Program-made: the position numbers and the translations under genes
NCBI GenBank assembly: GCA_963693055.1
Contig: OY843751.1
Span: forward strand, 3,904,001-3,968,000
Length of the DNA stretch: 64,000 nucleotides
Origin: a bacterium
Lineage (GTDB): Bacteria > Zhuqueibacterota > Zhuqueibacteria > Residuimicrobiales > Krinioviventaceae
Direction of reading: 5' to 3'
In this document: positions 10,639-19,362 of the stretch, one piece after another
Position numbering within the stretch: the stretch's first letter is position 1
How the letters are laid out: each line of letters starts with the position of its first letter
Notes under the pieces: generated by a model
Told to the model about the DNA's origin: nothing
The model's database searches: none
The model's input: only the letters and a program-made list of their open reading frames with translations

Positions 10639-10710
10639 AGCGGGAGACGAGATTTGAACTCGCGACCCCAACCTTGGCAAGGTTGTGTTCTACCACTGAA
10701 CTACTCCCGC
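10639..10710 (-). tRNA. tRNA-Gly(GCC)
   Basis: GCGGGAGTAGTTCAGTGG...CTTGCCAAG...GTTCAAATC. Confidence 0.95.
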
Positions 10711-10723
10711 TTCAAAGTTTCAC

Positions 10724-10752
10724 AATATATACAATCTTTTAATTTTATGCAA
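10724..10752 (-). promoter_or_regulatory. Sigma70-type promoter of the tRNA cluster
   Basis: TTGCAT-17 bp-TATATT just upstream of tRNA-Gly, with AT-rich DNA further upstream. Confidence 0.6.
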
Positions 10753-10903
10753 GAATTATTTTTAGTTTTTTCATTAACTGTTAAATTTTTTTTCATTTTC
10801 TCCGCAAGTAGACTTGAAAACCGCTATTATCTGGTATAAAGTTTTTGAATAATACCTTGAATAATAATTCAGGATTATTTACATTAAAAAAAAGAAAGCT
10901 TTT

Positions 10904-11098
10904 ATGAATAAAGTACAATTGGTCATAACCTGTGAAGACTGCGACGCAGTTGCACATTTCGCTGCTGTTAAAGAGTCAGAGATTGAAAAGTATATATTAG
11001 AATTTAAAAAAAAACACCAAACCTGCAACCCTAAATATACCAGCTATTTCACCATCTCTTCTATCGATTTCTCTCTTGAGGCCGAACAAACCAGTTGA
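10904..11098 (+). CDS. Small hypothetical protein with CxxC...HxxC putative metal site
   Basis: 64 aa ORF containing CEDC and HQTC; only ORF in this intergenic gap; weak RBS. Confidence 0.5.
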   Translation: MNKVQLVITCEDCDAVAHFAAVKESEIEKYILEFKKKHQTCNPKYTSYFTISSIDFSLEAEQTS

Positions 11099-11208
11099 AT
11101 GCATTGAGCTTTTTTTATATATTTCCCCATATACTCTTTTACTTTCATTCACCACACTTATTGTCATTATTATACCATTTTTAATCTTTCGTATTGCCAG
11201 GAGTAGTC

Positions 11209-12240
11209 ATGAAAGCACTGGTATTAAATGAATATAACAAGCTGATTTTTACAGATTTCCCCACACCTGAACCTGAACCCAACGAAGTACGGGTACGCAT
11301 TAAATCCTGTGGTATATGCGGTAGTGATGTGCATGGCATGGATGGCAGCACAGGCAGACGCATTCCCCCTCTGATCATGGGGCATGAAGCTTCGGGAGTA
11401 ATAGAAAAATTAGGGGCCAATGTTCAAAACTGGTCCATTGGAGACCGTGTTACCTTTGATTCCACAATTTACAATCTGGACGATTGGTACACCCGCAAAG
11501 GATTGTACAACCTGAGCGATAACCGCAAGGTGCTTGGCGTTTCTCCCAGTGACTATATTCGTCATGGTTGTTTTGCCGAGTATGCGGTCATTCCTCAGCA
11601 TATTCTCTACAAAATCCCTGCCAATGTCACATTTGATCAGGCTGCAATGGTTGAACCGGTTGCGGTTGCGGCCCACGCTGTTAACATAACACCTATACAG
11701 TGGAACAATTCCGCTGTGGTTGTGGGTACAGGCATGATTGGTTTGTGTATTGTTCAGGTATTACGAGCCAATGGCGCAGGACTAGTAATAGCCATAGACA
11801 AAGATGAGGGCCGTCTTGAACTGGCAAAAAAACTGGGTGCGGATATTATCCTGAATGCTGACAACGAAAATATTGCTAAAATCATCAAATCCCATACAGA
11901 AAACCGGGGTGCTGACATTGCTTTTGAAGCGGTAGGTGTTGAATCTTCTATTCATACGGCTATATCCGGATTGCGACGTGGCGGCTGCCTCACACTGGTA
12001 GGCAATCTTGCACCAGAGGTCAACATTCCTTTGCAGTCCATTGTTACCCAGCAGCTTCGCTTGCAGGGAAGCTGTGCGATTTGCGGTGAATACCCCTCCG
12101 TACTGGACATGATTGAGCGTGGTAAAATTAATGTGGATATATTGCAAAGCGCTTCCGCTCCGCTTTCTGAAGGTGCGAGCTGGTTCAAACGTTTATATAA
12201 CAGGGAAAAAGGATTAATGAAAGTGGTTTTGAATCCCTGA
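11209..12240 (+). CDS. Zinc-dependent MDR-family sugar-alcohol dehydrogenase (galactitol-1-P/L-iditol DH-like)
   Basis: GICGSD, GHE, GDRV, GTGMIG Rossmann motif; GGAG RBS before ATG 11209. Confidence 0.85.
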   Translation: MKALVLNEYNKLIFTDFPTPEPEPNEVRVRIKSCGICGSDVHGMDGSTGRRIPPLIMGHEASGVIEKLGANVQNWSIGDRVTFDSTIYNLDDWYTRKGLYNLSDNRKVLGVSPSDYIRHGCFAEYAVIPQHILYKIPANVTFDQAAMVEPVAVAAHAVNITPIQWNNSAVVVGTGMIGLCIVQVLRANGAGLVIAIDKDEGRLELAKKLGADIILNADNENIAKIIKSHTENRGADIAFEAVGVESSIHTAISGLRRGGCLTLVGNLAPEVNIPLQSIVTQQLRLQGSCAICGEYPSVLDMIERGKINVDILQSASAPLSEGASWFKRLYNREKGLMKVVLNP

Positions 12241-12253
12241 TTGAGGTAGTAAA

Positions 12254-13366
12254 ATGACAAAACTGAAAACTGCCATTATAGGCGCCGGTAAAGTGGGACA
12301 CACGCACGCACAGGCCCTACTTGAGCTGGAACAGTCGGAATTGACTGCGGTTTGCAGCCGCACACCCGAAAAAGCAAAAGCCTTTGCGGAACGATACGGC
12401 ATTCAGGCATTCACAGATGTATCAGAGATGGTCAGCAAGTGCGGTATTGACATGGTAACAAACTGTACACCACATCCTGTGCATGCAGCAACCTCTATCG
12501 ATGCCATGCAAGCAGGCGCACATGTCATTGTGGAAAAGCCGCTTGCCTCCTCCCTTGCGGATTGCGACGCCATGATTAAAGTATCAGCAGAGACGGGTAA
12601 AAAGCTGGCAATGATCAGTCAGAGAAGATTGTATGCGCCGGTAAAACGTATCAAACAGGCCATAGTTGAGGGAAAAATCGGAACTCCGGCTCTGGGCACG
12701 GTCAACATGTTTGGCTGGCGCGATAAAAACTATTATGAGAGCGATCCCTGGCGCGGCACCTGGCAGCATGAGGGCGGCGGTGTACTGGTAAACCAGGCCC
12801 CGCATCAACTCGATATATTACAATGGTATATGGGCCCCATAGATTCACTGTTTGGCTATTGGGATAACCTGAACCATCCCTATATAGAGGTTGAAGATAC
12901 CGCGGTGTGCGTAATCCGATTTAAAAACGGTGCGCTGGGCAATATTTTGGTGAGCAACTCTCAGAATCCTGCGCTTTATGGCAAAGTCGCAGTATATGGC
13001 AGCAATGGTGCATCTGTGGGCGTTCAAACCGATGGCGGTGCCATGTTTATAGCCGGAGTGTCATCCATTACCGAACCTCCGGTGAACGATTTGTGGACTA
13101 TCCTTGGTGAGGAAAACATGCTGGAATTGTGGAAACAACAGGACTCGGATTTCTTTAACAGTATCGATGCCACACAATATTATCACAAACTGCAGCTTGA
13201 GGATTTTCTAAACGCAATTATAAACGACGCCTCTCCCCTGGTATCCGGTACAGAGGGCCGTAAAACCGTCGAGCTGTTCACTGCTATTTATCGTTCACAA
13301 CGGGACAACCAGCCGGTTAACTTTCCACTTACTCCTGATTCAGACCGGGATGATATAAATCCCTGA
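12254..13366 (+). CDS. Gfo/Idh/MocA-family oxidoreductase
   Basis: IIGAGKVG, VEKPLA, GGGVLVNQAPHQLD. Confidence 0.88.
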   Translation: MTKLKTAIIGAGKVGHTHAQALLELEQSELTAVCSRTPEKAKAFAERYGIQAFTDVSEMVSKCGIDMVTNCTPHPVHAATSIDAMQAGAHVIVEKPLASSLADCDAMIKVSAETGKKLAMISQRRLYAPVKRIKQAIVEGKIGTPALGTVNMFGWRDKNYYESDPWRGTWQHEGGGVLVNQAPHQLDILQWYMGPIDSLFGYWDNLNHPYIEVEDTAVCVIRFKNGALGNILVSNSQNPALYGKVAVYGSNGASVGVQTDGGAMFIAGVSSITEPPVNDLWTILGEENMLELWKQQDSDFFNSIDATQYYHKLQLEDFLNAIINDASPLVSGTEGRKTVELFTAIYRSQRDNQPVNFPLTPDSDRDDINP

Positions 13367-13607
13367 TTCAAGGATTACAGGGCTTTATTGACACAATATT
13401 GCAAGCAAATGTTACAGAGGGGTGCGAAATTCTATCTTTCCCCACCCTTCACAAACCCAAATACCTGCTCGAGAGCGCAATGAAACAGACAAACGCTGTT
13501 TATCTTTAAATCAATAAATATTTAAATTCGCATCCGAATATAATCAATATCAAATGTGTTATTCTTTTCATGTTTTAGCAAAACTAACAATGAAAAAGGA
13601 TAACCAT

Positions 13608-14055
13608 ATGAATACATTTACAGTAAAATTGAATCGCGTTCTAAACGCCCCACCGGAAAGGGTATACAAGGCCTTTATCAATTCGGAAGCGATGGTGAAA
13701 TGGCTACCCCCGTTTGGGTTCACCGGCAAAATCATCCACAATGATACAAAACCGGGTGGTACGTACAAAATGTCATTCACCAATTTTACAACCGGTTCCA
13801 GCCATACGTTTGGCGGAAAATATGTAGAGCTGGTACCCAACGAGAAAATTGTTAATACAGATCTATTTGATGATCCCAATCTGCCTGGAGAAATGCGCTC
13901 CACAGTAACGTTGAAAAAAAGTATCTGTGGGTACCGAGTTAATAATAGTACAGGAAGGCATTCCGGCAGCCATCCCCGAGGACGGATGCTACCTGGGGTG
14001 GCAGCAATCCCTGACCATGCTTGCACAATTGGTTGAATCTGCCGTCCCGGATTAA
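13608..14055 (+). pseudogene. SRPBCC/AHSA1-family protein, frameshifted in an A7 run
   Basis: APPERVYKAF..KWLPP..FDDPNLPGEM; removing one A at 13914-13920 restores VSVGTELIIVQEGIPAAIPEDGCYLGWQQSL to TAA at 14055. Confidence 0.8.
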
Positions 14056-14146
14056 TTTCACCTGAATACAATATTATTTAACTTGCACCCAAATATATGT
14101 TTGGATAAACAACGAGACTTTTTTCTATTGTTTATTTACATCTTTA

Positions 14147-14174
14147 TGTGTATATTCCACTAAAACCATACACA
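14147..14174 (+). promoter_or_regulatory. Putative vapBC autorepression operator overlapping the -10
   Basis: Inverted repeat TGTGTAT-N14-ATACACA overlapping TTGTTT-17-TATATT. Confidence 0.55.
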
Positions 14175-14186
14175 CAAGGTGAAATT

Positions 14187-14381
14187 ATGAGAACCAATAT
14201 AATAATTGATGATGATCTCATGGATGAAGCCATGAACATCACTCAACTTAAAACCAAAAAGGCAACAGTTGAATCTGGGCTTCGCTTACTCATTCAGGTA
14301 AAAAAGCAGGAACAAATCAGGAAATTACGAGGCAAACTAGACTGGGATGATAATCTTGATAAAATGAGAACAAACCCATGA
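14187..14381 (+). CDS. vapB: Type II antitoxin, VapB family
   Basis: MRTNIIIDDDLM..KTKKATVESGL..LRGKLDW; stop overlaps PIN gene start (ATGA). Confidence 0.88.
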   Translation: MRTNIIIDDDLMDEAMNITQLKTKKATVESGLRLLIQVKKQEQIRKLRGKLDWDDNLDKMRTNP

Positions 14382-14773
14382 TCCTTGTAGATACTTCTGT
14401 ATGGATCGATTATTTTAATGGAAAAAGCTCATGGCAAACAGATTTTCTGGATGGTATGCTGGTTAATTCACCTGTCATCATGGGTGATTTGATATTAATA
14501 GAAATATTACAAGGATTTCGTAAAGATAAAGACTATAACACAGCCAAGTCCTGTCTTAGTATTTTACCACTTTATCAAATGGGTGGATATAACCTGGCAA
14601 TATCAAGCTCTGAAAACTATAGAAAACTCCGCAAAAAAGGGATTACTGTCCGTAAAACCATGGATGTAATCATTGCAACCTTTTGTATTGAAAATAACAT
14701 TACTTTATTACATAACGATCACGATTTCGAACCGATGGTTAAACATTTAGGACTGGATGTCATTTCTAAATAA
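14378..14773 (+). CDS. vapC: PIN-domain toxin VapC
   Basis: ILVDTSVWID, EILQG, DVIIA, LLHNDHDF. Confidence 0.9.
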   Translation: MILVDTSVWIDYFNGKSSWQTDFLDGMLVNSPVIMGDLILIEILQGFRKDKDYNTAKSCLSILPLYQMGGYNLAISSSENYRKLRKKGITVRKTMDVIIATFCIENNITLLHNDHDFEPMVKHLGLDVISK

Positions 14774-15108
14774 CTTTTATTCATAATAGATCACTACTTG
14801 CCACTAAACCCTTGAATCAAGGCGTAACAATCCGGACAAACATTTTTTCATCAGGTTTCCTGATAAAAAACCTCATCTCTAAACAACCTCCCCAATATCA
14901 TAAGAATTGATAACAACGCTTTGGGATCCAATCGAATCACGACTCAAATAAACCTGTTGCACAATTATCGTTTAATTCGTATTATAAGCCTTCTGAAACA
15001 TCCAATACAAGAGATAATTTTTAATGTTATTGCAATAAAATCATCCACTTTCCATTCGCAATGAATTCAAAAAAATATTATCAATACATGCAATACAAGG
15101 GAGTATAT

Positions 15109-17274
15109 ATGCGGCATATCGGGTACATATTTTTTCTAATCATGACATTTTTTTTTGTCAATTGTAACAGCTCCAACTATCAAAAATTTAGCAAGCCCAA
15201 AGACATAAATGCAATAACAAGTCGTGGAGACATAAACCGGACCGCGTTTAAAGACGCGGCAGAGATTCCCTTGTACCAGGGCAACGGCAGATTTGGATGT
15301 CTCTATGGACAACTGGGATTACATCATTCGCCGGAGAGTATTGGAAAATTTGGCAAGTATGGTGTAACCCAATTTATGCATTACGGTCATTTTTTTAGAG
15401 GTAAATACAATAACGATTATCTGCTCCCTCTTGCAAGGATTTACTGGGAGAATGAGCCGCAGGATATAACATCATATAATCAGCACCAATCTTTTTATGA
15501 CGGTACAATCACCACATCGTTTTCCTTTGGCGAAAATTCAATCAAAGTAACCACCTGGTTTGATCCGGTTGATCGCAATATTGCCGGATATACAATCGAT
15601 GTCAAAGGCAAAGCTCCCAACATAATAATGGCCCCACTAACAACAATTAAAGCGCATTACGGACAGACTGTAAATCAGCAATATTCCGGCGAGTTTTCAG
15701 AGAATACATGGAAAGGCACTGTCCAGGCAAATGAAACCACAACAGAATTCTTAGTCAAGACCGATTCTCAAATCGATAAAAATGACAAAGGACTTGCAAT
15801 TACCTTGCATGAAGGTGAGAACACAATCCTGGTGTCTGTTAATGGTAAAATTAACAAATCCGCAGACCAGTCCTTATCAGATACCCAATCCTGGTGGAAT
15901 GAAACATGGCAGAACCATGGTTGGGTAGATATTGACGATGATGCGGCCCAGAAAATCTGGGTCAGATCCATTGCGTATTTCCTCTCCAGCTTTAACGATG
16001 ATGGAATTGGGCTTGCACCCCCCTGCGGTTTGGCAGGTAATTTATGGCCCTTTGCTTTTCCACAGGACCTCTCTTATATTTTTCCGGTGTTTCTCTCTAC
16101 AGGTCATCTAGATATTGCAAAATCCATGATAGAATATTACGCAAATCGGATTGAAGGCAATAAAGCATACACCAAACGGTTATTTAAAACAGAAATCATA
16201 AACGGCAAAGTTTATCCGGCAAAGCCCAATAGCACAACATCAGTAGACGGTGTGTTTTGCCCCTGGGTGTATCCTTATGGTGATTTTAAAAACTTTCATT
16301 ATCCAACACCTCCCAATCGCTGCATGTACGAGATACACAATACCGGGTATTTATCGCGGATGGCTTTTGAGACATCTGTTGCTTTAAATGATCCCGTTTG
16401 GAGCAAAACCTATGCAGAGCCATTGATCAGTGAAACGGCTCTGTTTTATAAAAGCATCTGTATAAAAGAGGCGGACGGATACTGGCATATTTTCATTACA
16501 CCGGCAATGGGCCAGGACGAAATGGGCGGCATTAACCAAAAAGACTATTTGGATGCGCTTTACGGTGCGCAATATTGTTTTCAAAAAGCTGTGGAATGCG
16601 GTTTGGATCCTGATGGAGAGTATCAGCAGATTTTAAAAGATGGACTGGCTTTTCCTACCCTGGTCTCTCCCAAAGGTTATTATTTCACCTGTGAAGGACA
16701 AACCTTGAGCCAGTTTGGAACACAAAAACACCCGCCTCAGCTTAACGCATTGGCCTTTTTGCCGGTAGGCAAAGTGAATGATGTGGTTAAAACATCATAC
16801 AATTTGCGTTATGAATTGACGGATAAAGCCTCTACCCCGTTTTTCTGGGGTTGGACGTTGGGAGAATTTTTACTTGCAGGTTCACGTATGGGTGATGTTG
16901 AGGGCTGGAAAAAAGACTGGGACAATGCATTCAAAGCCGATTATATGGATCCCGACTATATCCAAATTTTTGAATCGAGTAAAAAGTGGTATGGCTCATT
17001 TTACATTACCACACATGGTTTGTTTGCGCAAACGTTGCTTGAGAATATTGTATCGACCTGGAATGATGACCTTGCTATAGGCCATTGTATGCCCTGGGAC
17101 AAGGTTCGATTTGGGCAAATCCATACCCAGTTGGGTGTGGATGTAAGCGGTAACATTGAAAACAACCACGCGGATTTGGTATTAAAAGCCTGGAAAGACA
17201 CGGAATTCCGCATGAACGGCAAGGAATACACGTTGAAAAAAGGTCAAACCCAGACAGTTAAAACGGATTTATAG
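15109..17274 (+). CDS. Secreted/lipoprotein glycoside hydrolase-like protein (GH95/GH65-like, uncertain)
   Basis: Signal with FVNC lipobox-like site; PLYQGNGRFG resembles the GH95 N-terminal motif; aromatic-rich helical C-terminal half. Confidence 0.5.
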   Translation: MRHIGYIFFLIMTFFFVNCNSSNYQKFSKPKDINAITSRGDINRTAFKDAAEIPLYQGNGRFGCLYGQLGLHHSPESIGKFGKYGVTQFMHYGHFFRGKYNNDYLLPLARIYWENEPQDITSYNQHQSFYDGTITTSFSFGENSIKVTTWFDPVDRNIAGYTIDVKGKAPNIIMAPLTTIKAHYGQTVNQQYSGEFSENTWKGTVQANETTTEFLVKTDSQIDKNDKGLAITLHEGENTILVSVNGKINKSADQSLSDTQSWWNETWQNHGWVDIDDDAAQKIWVRSIAYFLSSFNDDGIGLAPPCGLAGNLWPFAFPQDLSYIFPVFLSTGHLDIAKSMIEYYANRIEGNKAYTKRLFKTEIINGKVYPAKPNSTTSVDGVFCPWVYPYGDFKNFHYPTPPNRCMYEIHNTGYLSRMAFETSVALNDPVWSKTYAEPLISETALFYKSICIKEADGYWHIFITPAMGQDEMGGINQKDYLDALYGAQYCFQKAVECGLDPDGEYQQILKDGLAFPTLVSPKGYYFTCEGQTLSQFGTQKHPPQLNALAFLPVGKVNDVVKTSYNLRYELTDKASTPFFWGWTLGEFLLAGSRMGDVEGWKKDWDNAFKADYMDPDYIQIFESSKKWYGSFYITTHGLFAQTLLENIVSTWNDDLAIGHCMPWDKVRFGQIHTQLGVDVSGNIENNHADLVLKAWKDTEFRMNGKEYTLKKGQTQTVKTDL

Positions 17275-17282
17275 AATTTATG

Positions 17283-17326
17283 CGTGACGGAGACCGCTTT
17301 GCTAATCTCCGTCACGATCATTTTTT
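17283..17326 (+). terminator. Intrinsic terminator
   Basis: CGTGACGGAGA-loop-TCTCCGTCACG then T-run, right after the stop codon. Confidence 0.7.
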
Positions 17327-17508
17327 GCTAGTTACAATTAGTGTCTGGCCGCACTTGCAGATTCGTCTTCAGTTCATTCAATCATGGCAATCCGGGGAAT
17401 CTTTTTAATCTGTAACGGTTAAAAAAACAGCTCTGCACTGAATATTCTTCAACGCTACAGTGTTATTTTATTGATGAATTACCCAACCTGTAGCAAGCGG
17501 GCAGTAAA

Positions 17509-19221
17509 ATGGATTTGAAAAGAATATTCTTTATTACACTGTTTTTTGGGGGGACTGTTTTATTTGCAGAAAATTATTTGATCAATGGCGGTCAGGAATC
17601 GCAGATCAATTATTTGATGGTGCAAAAAATAGAACCGGCGCGCGGTACTAAAAAATTACTAATGAGTTATGTTGTACCTACTTCATTCGGTTCACCCACC
17701 TACCAACAACGAATCAGCAAATACAATATCATATTTTCCGAACGCCCCAACTCCCGTAGGGACTATATTGATGACCGCGGTAATAAAATCGTTCGTGTAG
17801 TATGGAACAGGCCGCGCAAACCTATCGAAACCACAATTTCCATTCAGGCACAAAATACCACCAGTTTAAAAGCGCTAGAAACCATGGCGTCCTTTCCTAT
17901 CCGGTCCATGCCGGTAGAGATTCAGGCCTATCTTGCTTCTACCAGTCAAACACCGGCAAACGATCCCATGATCCTATCCACAGCACGCAAACTGACCCGT
18001 GACAGCGAAACCGTATTCGATGCGGTGCAAAACATCCTCGCATGGGTAGTAGACCACATGACCTATGTACTTATACCGCAACAATATGACGCCATGTACT
18101 CGTTCCAAACCGGCAAGGGTAATTGCCAGAATTATTCACACTTGTCGGCATCTTTGATGAGGGCAGTAGGCATTCCCGCTCGCATAGTCAATGGTGTAAC
18201 CCTCAAAGAGCCATACGAAATTGAAACTCCGCGAGGGACTTTTACTATGAAAATGGCACAGGGGCGGCATTCATGGATCGAGGTCTGGTTCCCGGATCTG
18301 GGATGGGTCCCTTTTGATCCCCAGCAAACCGCCCTGTATGTAAGCAACCGGTTTATTCGCATAGAAGTGGGTGTGGACAATGACGATACATCTAACGACG
18401 GACTGGTGCGCTGGTCTATGAGTCGGGGATACCGGGGCAAACCCGGATTTGAAGAGCTGATCCATGCGGATTTCAAGCGGGACCAGGTCAAACTTTTGGC
18501 AGAACGACAAGATTGGGGTCCTGCAAAACTTTTATTTTACCCCGAGGTCCAATCTGAATACACCCGGTCACTTGCCCAGGTACAGTATTCTGCTGTACAG
18601 ACAGTATCACCGCAGGAAATGAACAATGCCAGCTTTAATCATAAATCCGTTACTGGTAATCTGGAATTCCCGGAAAACATTTCATTTATCGAAACACGGG
18701 GACCAGCAACCAGTGTAGAAAGTGAAAATCCGGAAGATGAAGAATTAGAGATGCGTAAAAACTTTTTGGTGGAAACCGCTGAATACGTAACAACCCAGGG
18801 CACTCAATACGCGCAAACATTTATCCTAAATGAGCCAACCAAATTAGAATCCGCAGCCCTTGCCCTGCATAAATTTGGCGGCAGCGGGCAGCTCTGGCTT
18901 GAACTCTATAAAGATGATGGTAACGGTAAACCGGGTGAATATATATCAACCAGTGAATATATGCCGGTTAAGCGTATGCCGCAATCCCAGGGATATTCAT
19001 GGATAGATTTTGCATTTGGCAATGGAACGCCACCCCTGTCTCCCGGGCGCTACTGGCTGGCTTTGGGGTTCACCGGCAGCCCTGTCATCAACTGGTTTTA
19101 TACCTATGGTAAATCTGTGGGTCCCATTGACGGCACCAGATACAAGACTTTATTTGATGATACCTGGAACCGCAGTCTTACTTTTGAATTCAATTATCGC
19201 ATAACCGGGTTAACACCATAA
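17509..19221 (+). CDS. Secreted transglutaminase-like protein, copy 1
   Basis: Signal peptide; GNCQNYSHL, RHSWIEV, WVPFDP Cys-His-Asp triad. Confidence 0.85.
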   Translation: MDLKRIFFITLFFGGTVLFAENYLINGGQESQINYLMVQKIEPARGTKKLLMSYVVPTSFGSPTYQQRISKYNIIFSERPNSRRDYIDDRGNKIVRVVWNRPRKPIETTISIQAQNTTSLKALETMASFPIRSMPVEIQAYLASTSQTPANDPMILSTARKLTRDSETVFDAVQNILAWVVDHMTYVLIPQQYDAMYSFQTGKGNCQNYSHLSASLMRAVGIPARIVNGVTLKEPYEIETPRGTFTMKMAQGRHSWIEVWFPDLGWVPFDPQQTALYVSNRFIRIEVGVDNDDTSNDGLVRWSMSRGYRGKPGFEELIHADFKRDQVKLLAERQDWGPAKLLFYPEVQSEYTRSLAQVQYSAVQTVSPQEMNNASFNHKSVTGNLEFPENISFIETRGPATSVESENPEDEELEMRKNFLVETAEYVTTQGTQYAQTFILNEPTKLESAALALHKFGGSGQLWLELYKDDGNGKPGEYISTSEYMPVKRMPQSQGYSWIDFAFGNGTPPLSPGRYWLALGFTGSPVINWFYTYGKSVGPIDGTRYKTLFDDTWNRSLTFEFNYRITGLTP

Positions 19222-19284
19222 ATATCAACATATTACAATTTTCACCAGGATTTGATTTATATCAACTTTTTTTGCATTGGGGGA

Positions 19285-19312
19285 TTGACAAAAGACTGGA
19301 ATTTATTATATT
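19285..19312 (+). promoter_or_regulatory. Sigma70-type promoter for transglutaminase copy 2
   Basis: TTGACA then TATATT at ~16-17 bp spacing. Confidence 0.5.
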
Positions 19313-19362
19313 AGACCGGTTAGCATATTTACTCCGATTTTGGGGTTTTGAAGGAGATCATT

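Noticed and set aside
10438-10839. 133-aa plus-strand ORF
   Set aside because: It is the antisense of three tRNA genes.
10301-11100. tRNA-anchored genomic island
   Set aside because: The tRNA 3' ends face thrS, not the accessory region; no integrase or duplicated tRNA end was seen.
13911-13921. A_AAA_AAG as a programmed -1 frameshift
   Set aside because: Restoring the protein needs +1 (or -2), not -1.
13568-14071. 167-aa minus-strand ORF spanning the SRPBCC gene
   Set aside because: The plus strand carries the recognisable family motifs; this ORF has none.
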